This document shows, piece after piece, positions 29,400 to 36,806 of a DNA stretch of 64,000 nucleotides (positions within the stretch are counted from its first letter, which is position 1; the number at the start of each line of letters is the position of its first letter). The stretch comes from Spirochaetia bacterium (GTDB lineage Bacteria > Spirochaetota > Spirochaetia > CAKZLE01): assembly GCA_963677595.1 (NCBI GenBank), contig OY782041.1:4128001-4192000 (forward strand), given 5' to 3'. A program made the position numbers and the translations under genes. The notes under the pieces are model-generated. The model did no database searches. It saw nothing but the letters and a program-made list of their open reading frames with translations, and was not told the DNA's origin.

Positions 29400-30236
29400 T
29401 TATTCTTTCCTGCTTGGGTCACCCTTGATGGCGACTCGTTCGATCATATTGACGATGTTAAACAGGACGATCCCCATCAGGGACAGCAGGATCAGTATGG
29501 CGAAGACCATGGGTGTGTCGAGGTTCCCCCCGGCTACTACCTGGTAATAGCCAAGTCCCTTGTTTGCCGCAACATACTCCCCTACTACGGCACCGACGAC
29601 CGAGAGGGTGATCCCGACCTTCAAGCCGCCGAAGATGTTCGGCAATGCCTGCGGTACACGGAACTTCCAGAACTGCTGCATCCCGCTCGCCCCGAGCGAC
29701 CTCGCAAGGTACAGCATTTCCCGGCTGATCGACTTGAGGCCGATGACCGTGTTCACGATGATCGGGAAGAAACAGACCAGGAACGCCACGAAGAGCTTCG
29801 GAAAAATGCTGAATCCCCACCAGGATACCAGGATAGGCGCTAATGCCACCTTAGGGATCGCCTGGGCGGAGACAAGCAGCGCATAAGCCGTCTTCTCGAA
29901 GAGGGGGACATAGACGATCAGGATCGCCAGGGGGAACCCGATACCCATGGCGATACCGAACCCGAGCAGCACTTCATACAGGGTCACCCAGCCATGTTTG
30001 GCCAGGACCTGCCAGTGCGCGGCAACAGCCTTGACGATCACTGAAGGTGCCGGGACCAGGTATTCAGGCGTATTGAGCACCCGGACCAGGACCTCCCACA
30101 GGATTACCAGGAAAACAACTGATAGGATCGTGTACATATTATTCTTGAAGAACGTGAGGAATATCCCGTTCTTCTTTTTCTTAGCCGCCTCACTTCGTTT
30201 ATCAGCGGTCACGTTAGTTCCTGATATCTCTGCCAT
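29400..30236 (-). CDS. NitT/TauT-family ABC transporter permease
   Basis: P.YLVPAPS, QAIPKVALAP, FFPIIVNT..GL, GAVVGEY. Confidence 0.92.
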   Translation of the reverse strand: MAEISGTNVTADKRSEAAKKKKNGIFLTFFKNNMYTILSVVFLVILWEVLVRVLNTPEYLVPAPSVIVKAVAAHWQVLAKHGWVTLYEVLLGFGIAMGIGFPLAILIVYVPLFEKTAYALLVSAQAIPKVALAPILVSWWGFSIFPKLFVAFLVCFFPIIVNTVIGLKSISREMLYLARSLGASGMQQFWKFRVPQALPNIFGGLKVGITLSVVGAVVGEYVAANKGLGYYQVVAGGNLDTPMVFAILILLSLMGIVLFNIVNMIERVAIKGDPSRKE

Positions 30237-30336
30237 AAAGCGTATCACCTCATATGTTGGATTTCAGTAGTGGGGCCAGACCCGTCATGTGTCCAGCCCC
30301 ATGCTGGATGTTTATCATCTCACGTTCTCTGCGTCC

Positions 30337-31368
30337 CTACATCTCTATGAATTCATTCGTGTAGTAGTTGCCGACCGGTTCTCGAGAGTCGATAGCACCA
30401 TTGTCATACAGGATCGAGATAGTCTGCTCGAGGCTGTCCTCAGAGATCCAACCCAATGGTTTGCCCTCGGTCTCCGGGGTAGTGAACAGTTCGATGGTCC
30501 TCTCGACCTGCTTTCGCGTGATCTCCTTCACGAGAGAATCAGGGAAGAGTGCAGACATGATATCTGCAGCTTCCACAGGATGTGCTACCGTGTATTCTGC
30601 ACCTCTCCGGACAGCCCGGTTGACAGCTGCGACGATCTCAGGATTCTCCTCGATATATTCTGTCGAAGCAACGATACCGTGGGCCATCATGTTGAACCCG
30701 TAATCGCCGAGGAAGAAATAGTTGAATTCCATCCCCATCTTCGCTTCCATGGTAGCGAGGTCATTGGTAGCGTATCCACCCATCATCTCTACGTCCCCGT
30801 TCAGGAAAGCAGCAGTCTTGGCACCCCAGTCTGCGATGACCAGTTCCACACTGTCAGGATCAACTCCATTGTATGACAGGAACGCATCCAGGACTACCGG
30901 CAGTGACCCTCCAGCTGTCTCAACAACCTTCTTCCCAGCCATATCGGCAGGCCCGTCCAGTTTCACGTCCGGCATCGCCATGACGACCTGGGGAAGCTTC
31001 TGCAGGATACAGGAGGTCATCTTGACATCCATGCCTTTCGTTCGTGCCACGATCATGTCATCAGCTGCAAGATAGGAGAACTGGTCATCCCCGGAGATGA
31101 GCAGCTGGATAGGAGTCGCTTTCTCAGAACCTTCGAGGATGTTGATGTCTATCCCCTCCTCCTCGAAGTACCCCTTCTCCTGGGCTACGAAGAGATGCGA
31201 ATATTCACCCTTAACCAGCCAGCTGAGCCTCAGGTTGATCGGGGTGAGCCCACCCTCTTCTTCGACTGTCTCTGCTGCCCCGCCTGCGAAACAGAGCGCT
31301 GAGACACTTAATACCATCAATACGACCATAGCCGTCTTCCAGAATCTTTTTCCTCGTACCATACTCAT
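30337..31368 (-). CDS. NMT1/THI5-like ABC solute-binding protein
   Basis: Signal peptide 'FAGGAAE'; 'LRLSW...EYSHLFVAQEKGYFEEEGIDI' typical of the Thi5/SsuA-like family. Confidence 0.88.
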   Translation of the reverse strand: MSMVRGKRFWKTAMVVLMVLSVSALCFAGGAAETVEEEGGLTPINLRLSWLVKGEYSHLFVAQEKGYFEEEGIDINILEGSEKATPIQLLISGDDQFSYLAADDMIVARTKGMDVKMTSCILQKLPQVVMAMPDVKLDGPADMAGKKVVETAGGSLPVVLDAFLSYNGVDPDSVELVIADWGAKTAAFLNGDVEMMGGYATNDLATMEAKMGMEFNYFFLGDYGFNMMAHGIVASTEYIEENPEIVAAVNRAVRRGAEYTVAHPVEAADIMSALFPDSLVKEITRKQVERTIELFTTPETEGKPLGWISEDSLEQTISILYDNGAIDSREPVGNYYTNEFIEM

Positions 31369-31445
31369 CTTCTCCTCCTGTGGAATATATATATGATCGG
31401 TCTTTCATATTGCCGTCACATACCAAACATCATAAGCCGTAAGGA

Positions 31446-32066
31446 TCACGACCTGCTCTCTACCCCTGCTTTCATGCACAAGGATACTTCCGCTAAGCGA
31501 TTACCGACATTGATAAGGCTCTCACAGCCGATCTCGTCATCGTCCACGCCCTTCCTACCATTGTCCTTCGACCAGACCATCGCCCCGGTGTAGTTCCCCG
31601 GTTCATTGCCTACGAAGATGATGCCTCGTGTCAGACACGCATGCGCGATAGCACTCACGGTCATCTCCTGACCCCCGTGGCGTGTCCCGCCGACCGAGAT
31701 CGCTGAGGCGAGCTTGTTCCGTAAGACCCCACCCTTCAGCTTATGCAGGCATCGCATCCTGGTGAACAGCGCATGGAGCTGCGGTGTCACACTCATCACA
31801 TACACCGGGCTTGCGAAGAGGAAGGCATCAGCCTCCTTCAGCTTGGGATACAGCTGCTGCATGTCATCATCGATGATGCAGAGACTGTCGTGCTTCTTAC
31901 AGTAGTTGCAGTGGTTGCATGGCGCTATATCCATGCCCTTCAATGCCACGATCTCCGTCTCCACTCCCTCATGCTTCGCAGCCTCTGAGAGGGCGATCTC
32001 AAGGGAGCGGTATGTCGACATGTTCCTGGGGCTTCCGCTCATCCCTAAAAGCTTGACTGTGGTCAC
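31446..32066 (-). CDS. Iron-sulfur flavoprotein (ISF family)
   Basis: SGSPR, CNHCNYCKKHDSLC, ASPVY, GGTRHGGQE. Confidence 0.9.
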   Translation of the reverse strand: MTTVKLLGMSGSPRNMSTYRSLEIALSEAAKHEGVETEIVALKGMDIAPCNHCNYCKKHDSLCIIDDDMQQLYPKLKEADAFLFASPVYVMSVTPQLHALFTRMRCLHKLKGGVLRNKLASAISVGGTRHGGQEMTVSAIAHACLTRGIIFVGNEPGNYTGAMVWSKDNGRKGVDDDEIGCESLINVGNRLAEVSLCMKAGVESRS

Positions 32067-32141
32067 ATTCCCCTTCCTTACCGATCGTACCTATGCATCC
32101 CTGTATGCATACCAAGTGTACTGCCTGATTCTCCCGTACCA

Positions 32142-32197
32142 TCAATTGTAAATGAGAATCATTTTCTTAACAATAATTTTTTAAGAAAATTATTTTC
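32142..32197. promoter_or_regulatory. Putative paired operator (copy B) in the divergent promoter region
   Basis: TGAGAATCATTTTCT and AGAAAATTATTTTCA boxes; matches 27023-27078. Confidence 0.55.
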
Positions 32198-32262
32198 ACC
32201 ACAATCGACAAGAGATCCCTACCTTCCAGATACCAAATCTGTACCTATCGCCAGTCTATAAA

Positions 32263-32277
32263 GCATAAACCATGCCA
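32263..32277 (-). promoter_or_regulatory. Possible sigma54 -24/-12 promoter
   Basis: Minus strand TGGCATGGTTTATGC (GG-N10-GC). Confidence 0.35.
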
Positions 32278-32612
32278 AAACATGCCAGAATACTTCAATT
32301 TACCACTAGGTAAGAGGTTATCCGGGGAGTTGTGCATAACGAAAGGCAATCTAGTGACCTAAATTCTTACATTTCTGTAGGATATACAGCATAAAATCTA
32401 CAATTTTGTGAATACCGACCTTGGGGAATAGGGATCGATATCGATCGCATCAGGGCGCTCATACCCGCCTGCATTGCCATCGCCTCGATTTCTGTATCTT
32501 GACTATGATGGGTTAACATGGTTTCATCAGAGGGACGGGGCCTTCGGCATAAACGGGGGACCGTTGCAAACCATGAAGAGACATGCAGCCAGCAGGCGGG
32601 GGAGTAAACAGT

Positions 32613-33251
32613 ATGGTCAAGATCATCGGCGTATCAGGCAGTCCCAGGAAGGGGGCGACATTGAGGATCCTGGAAGATGCGTTCTCACAGCTTACCCAGG
32701 AAGGGGTCGAGACAGAGATCATATCGTTGTTCGGGAATAAGATCGCCCCCTGCAACGGCTGCGGATCATGCAGGAAGAACAAGACCTGGTGTGTGTTCAA
32801 GGATGACATGCAGGAGTTGCTTGATACCTTCGTCACGGCTGATGCCGTCCTCATCGGGAGCCCCGTCTATGTCCACAGCGTTACACCGCAGCTCATGGCA
32901 TTCTTCTCACGGCTGCGGCCGGCAACGGTCATGCTCGGGTCGACGGTATTCCGGAGCAAGCTCGGTGCTGCGTTTTCCGTTGGGGGGACCCGTAACGGCG
33001 GACAGGAATCTGCCGTGAATACAGTACTCCACCTCCTGATGTCCAAAGGCTTCAATATCGTGAGCAATGAGGAACGGGGGTACATCGGGGGCAAGGTCTG
33101 GTCAAGGGATATCAAGGAGCTGTCGGCCAACGATGATGAATCCGGGTATAAGACCGTGTTCGACCTGGCCGGCAAGCTGGCTGAGACCGCATATATCTTC
33201 GATGCGGGAAAGAAAGTAATAGCGGCACAGGATGGGAACGAGCAGCCATGA
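32613..33251 (+). CDS. Iron-sulfur flavoprotein (ISF family)
   Basis: SGSPRKG, CNGCGSCRKNKTWC, GSPVY, GGTRNGGQE; GGGGAG RBS. Confidence 0.9.
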   Translation: MVKIIGVSGSPRKGATLRILEDAFSQLTQEGVETEIISLFGNKIAPCNGCGSCRKNKTWCVFKDDMQELLDTFVTADAVLIGSPVYVHSVTPQLMAFFSRLRPATVMLGSTVFRSKLGAAFSVGGTRNGGQESAVNTVLHLLMSKGFNIVSNEERGYIGGKVWSRDIKELSANDDESGYKTVFDLAGKLAETAYIFDAGKKVIAAQDGNEQP

Positions 33252-34102
33252 AGCACTATAACCTGATCGCACAGCTGGAGAACATGCAGAGCACCTTCTC
33301 CAAGACCGAACAACTGCTCAAGGAGTTCGTCTTGGCGAACCTGAAAGATATTGAGAACATCTCGATCGTCAGCCTTTCGGAGATGACCGGTGCGAGCAAG
33401 TCGACCATCTCCCGTTTCTGCAGGAAACTCGGCTATGAGAACTTCAGGGAATTCTCCGGGGCGATCGTTCAACAGGTAGCCATAAACTATTCCCTGATCC
33501 ACGAAGGGGTCAATGCCGAGGACTCCACCATGGGGATCGCGTCCAAGGTCTTCAACGAGGAGTGCAAGGCGTTGGAGAACACCCTGGGCCTGCTCGACCC
33601 CCTTCAACTGGATGAGCTGGTCGAGACCCTCCTCGAGCGGAGGAAGATCTACCTCTATGCAGTCGGCGGCTCGTCCGCCATCGCGGTAGACCTGGTGAAC
33701 AAGTTCACCAGGCTGGGGATCGAGTGCATCTACTATCCTGACCTTGTCTTCCAGAAGCTCTCCGCACGGACCAAGGCACGCCCTGATATCACCTGGCTGA
33801 TATCGTTCTCGGGATATGACACAGATATGCTGGAGATCGCAGAACATGCCAAGGCAGCTGGGTCAACCATCGTCAGCATGACCAACAACCAGGATTCGCC
33901 CCTGGCGGTGGCCGCTGACTACGCCCTGACAGGCAGCCGCCTTGATATCTATGCCTATACCGGCACGACCGAGTCACGGCTGTCCCTGCTCTATCTCGCT
34001 GATATCCTGTTCACCCTGATCGCGGTGAGCGGTTCACCGGATGCAACACGAAGCCTGACCACCACGAAAGACCTCCTCATGAAGAGGCTGGATTACCATT
34101 GA
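33248..34102 (+). CDS. RpiR/MurR-family transcriptional regulator (HTH + SIS)
   Basis: SKSTISRFCRKLGY HTH; VGGS, ISFSG, SPLA SIS motifs. Confidence 0.93.
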   Translation: MKHYNLIAQLENMQSTFSKTEQLLKEFVLANLKDIENISIVSLSEMTGASKSTISRFCRKLGYENFREFSGAIVQQVAINYSLIHEGVNAEDSTMGIASKVFNEECKALENTLGLLDPLQLDELVETLLERRKIYLYAVGGSSAIAVDLVNKFTRLGIECIYYPDLVFQKLSARTKARPDITWLISFSGYDTDMLEIAEHAKAAGSTIVSMTNNQDSPLAVAADYALTGSRLDIYAYTGTTESRLSLLYLADILFTLIAVSGSPDATRSLTTTKDLLMKRLDYH

Positions 34103-34121
34103 GCAGGAACTGGGAGGTCCT

Positions 34122-34691
34122 ATGGACATAAAGCATATCATAGTAGCGATAACCGGTGCCTCCGGTGCCGTCTACGGCATTCGCCTGCTGGAAGCCCTGC
34201 AGGCCACTGAGGGTATCGAGACCCATCTGGTTCTCAGCTCATGGGCGGAACGGACGATAGGGATCGAGACGACGTACTCAGTCGAAGAGGTTCGGGCACT
34301 GGCTGACCACCTGTATGACTACCATGACCTGGCTGCGAGGATATCGAGCGGCTCGTTCAGGACTCATGGGATGGTCATTGCCCCGTGCAGTATGAAATCT
34401 GTCGCCTCGATAACCTGCGGCTACTCGGAGAACCTGATCTCCAGAGCTGCGGATGTCATGATCAAAGAGCACCGCACGCTGGTCCTTGTCCCCAGAGAGA
34501 CCCCGCTGAACGTGATCCATCTTGAGAACATGACGAAACTCGCACAGCTTGGCGTGGTGATGCTCCCCCCCGTTCCGGGGTTCTATGCACGTCCCAAATC
34601 CATTGACGATATCGTGAACCATACCGTAGGCAAGATCCTTGACCAATTGGGGATCGAGCACTCACTCTTCACCCGCTGGGAAGGCTGCTAG
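34122..34691 (+). CDS. ubiX: Flavin prenyltransferase UbiX
   Basis: ITGASGA, ISSGSF, APCSMKS, RAADV..KE, PRETP, PGFY. Confidence 0.96.
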   Translation: MDIKHIIVAITGASGAVYGIRLLEALQATEGIETHLVLSSWAERTIGIETTYSVEEVRALADHLYDYHDLAARISSGSFRTHGMVIAPCSMKSVASITCGYSENLISRAADVMIKEHRTLVLVPRETPLNVIHLENMTKLAQLGVVMLPPVPGFYARPKSIDDIVNHTVGKILDQLGIEHSLFTRWEGC

Positions 34692-36091
34692 AACGCCAGA
34701 GATTTCCACCGGCGGTACTTGTTCTTATCGATGCCGGCCCGTTCTGCCAGGTTATCTGCCGCAGTCTGGCACTGCGTGATCGCCGCCTGCTCATCCACGA
34801 ACACGAACTCCCCATCCCGTAAGAGGATGTTCCCATCCACGATCACCGTCTCGACAGCCGCATGGGTCCCGGAATAGACCAGCGTGGAGACCGGATGGTG
34901 CAGGGGGATCGATTTCGGGGACAGTCCAGGATCATAAATGAAGAGGTCGGCCTTCTTCCCTACTTCCAGGGAACCTACCTGGTCCTCAAGGCCAACCGCC
35001 CGTGCCCCGTCGATAGTCGCCATCTCCAGCACCTTCTCAGCCGTGATGGCAGTCGGGTCCTTCGTATGGACCTTATGCAGGAGGGCAGTGAACTTCATCA
35101 GTTCGATCATATCCTGCGAGTTGTTGCTTGCCGGGCCGTCGCTGCCGAGGCCGACCGTGATGCCGCTGGAAAGCATGCGGGGAATCGGTGCCACACCGGA
35201 GGAGAGGTACATATTGCTCACCGTATTGTGTGATACCTTCATATCATAGTACTGGGCCATGCGCATGTCACGCTCAGTCAGGTAGACGCAGTGGACCATC
35301 AGAACGTTCGGTCCCACGATCCCGAGCTCCTCGAGTACCTCGGCATCCGGGAGGCCGTGGAGCTGCTCGGCCGCATCCCGGTCGAAGGGTGTCTCGGAGA
35401 TATGGATGGAGATCCCGCTCTCATAGGTGTTGACCAATTCCCAGACCTTCGAGAGGAGTTCTGCTGAACAGGACCAGACGGCTGCCGGAGCTGCCCAGAC
35501 ACGGATCCTCCTGTTCTCGGTGTCATGGTACTCCTCGAAGAGGCGCCGGAGGTCAGCGATGATCGTCTCAGTGTCCTGCATGATCGCAGGGAGCGTACCT
35601 GCATGCTCACCGGTATTCATCATGCCGCGGCCGAAGATACCCCTGATCTTCAGCTCCCTGAAGGCATCGATGACTCCATCGGAGAGCCCCTCGATTGGGT
35701 GGGGGTACATATAGTCGAGCATGGTCGTCGTCCCGCTTCTGATACCCTCGATGCAGCCCAGCTTCGCAGCGGTGTAGACATCATCACGTGTGAGGTTCGC
35801 CGCTCCTGGGAACGTCATGTCCTTCAGCCAGTCCTTGAGGACCTTGTCATCCCCGAGGCCTTTGAGGAGGGTCTGGAACAGGTGGTTATGGGTATTGATC
35901 AGTCCGGGGAACACGATCTTCCCCCTGCCGTCGATGATCTCGACACCGTCAGGCAGGTCCGCCTCAAGTTCTTCCCAGAGCGCGATCCTCGCGATGGAAT
36001 CTCCTGTTATGAGCAGGGAATGGCCATACAGGATCTCCCGCTGGGTATTCACTGTTACGATCGTTGTGTTCTTAATAACTATATCTGGCAT
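34688..36091 (-). CDS. Amidohydrolase (COG0402, AtzA/TrzA/guanine-8-oxoguanine-isoxanthopterin deaminase-like)
   Basis: THNHLFQ, HISET, VHC, GSDGPASN, GSLEVGKKADL. Confidence 0.9.
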   Translation of the reverse strand: MPDIVIKNTTIVTVNTQREILYGHSLLITGDSIARIALWEELEADLPDGVEIIDGRGKIVFPGLINTHNHLFQTLLKGLGDDKVLKDWLKDMTFPGAANLTRDDVYTAAKLGCIEGIRSGTTTMLDYMYPHPIEGLSDGVIDAFRELKIRGIFGRGMMNTGEHAGTLPAIMQDTETIIADLRRLFEEYHDTENRRIRVWAAPAAVWSCSAELLSKVWELVNTYESGISIHISETPFDRDAAEQLHGLPDAEVLEELGIVGPNVLMVHCVYLTERDMRMAQYYDMKVSHNTVSNMYLSSGVAPIPRMLSSGITVGLGSDGPASNNSQDMIELMKFTALLHKVHTKDPTAITAEKVLEMATIDGARAVGLEDQVGSLEVGKKADLFIYDPGLSPKSIPLHHPVSTLVYSGTHAAVETVIVDGNILLRDGEFVFVDEQAAITQCQTAADNLAERAGIDKNKYRRWKSLAF

Positions 36092-36119
36092 CTGTGCGTC
36101 CTCCCCCCTGATGTGTATC

Positions 36120-36791
36120 TTAATGGTCCCGCAAGGGGTCAGCCGATGCTTTTAACACCCCGTGTGAACTCAACAGCTGTTCGGTATGCTGTCTCCCGAG
36201 ACTCGTCACGAGCGTCGCTTCAGCGACGGCCTGCCCCAGCCTGATGACCGTATCCATCCCGACCGTATCTTCCTCAGCCCCATGTGCCCGGTTGTCCTTC
36301 GACCAGATCGTGCCGCCCGTATAGCAGCCGCCATAGCCGCCGGTCACCAGCATCTCATGCATCATGAAGAAGTTCGAGAGGGCAAGGAGCGTCATCTCCT
36401 GTCCGCCATGGCGGGTGCCGCCCACGGCGATCCCTCCCCCGACCTTGTTCCGCAGGTGGCCTGGGTAGACCAGGTACATCGGCCGAAGCCGGTTCAGCAG
36501 TGCTGCAAGCTGTGAGGTGATCGACATGTCATATACCGGGGTAGCGATCAGCAGCGCATCAGCCTCAAGGACCTTCGCCTCGATCTCCTGCAGGTCATCC
36601 TGGATGTGACACATGGTCTTCTCCCTGATGCACCGGTCACAGTGGACACAGGGGGCTATCTTCTTCCCCCGGATCGACCAGAGCTCGGTCTCTATCTCCG
36701 GGAAGGCAGCTGCAGCCTCCAACGCCGCTTCCAGCGCATAGAGTGTTGCCCCTTTCCGGGGACTCCCGCAAATTCCCAATATCTTTGCCAT
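36120..36791 (-). CDS. Iron-sulfur flavoprotein (ISF family)
   Basis: CGSPRKG, CVHCDRCIREKTMC, TPVY, GGTRHGGQE. Confidence 0.9.
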   Translation of the reverse strand: MAKILGICGSPRKGATLYALEAALEAAAAFPEIETELWSIRGKKIAPCVHCDRCIREKTMCHIQDDLQEIEAKVLEADALLIATPVYDMSITSQLAALLNRLRPMYLVYPGHLRNKVGGGIAVGGTRHGGQEMTLLALSNFFMMHEMLVTGGYGGCYTGGTIWSKDNRAHGAEEDTVGMDTVIRLGQAVAEATLVTSLGRQHTEQLLSSHGVLKASADPLRDH

Positions 36792-36806
36792 GTTGTCTGC
36801 TCCTTC

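Noticed and set aside
13123-34691. Reading ubiD/ubiX as ubiquinone biosynthesis
   Set aside because: No ubiA, ubiE or other quinone genes nearby; two paralogs embedded among importers and oxidoreductases
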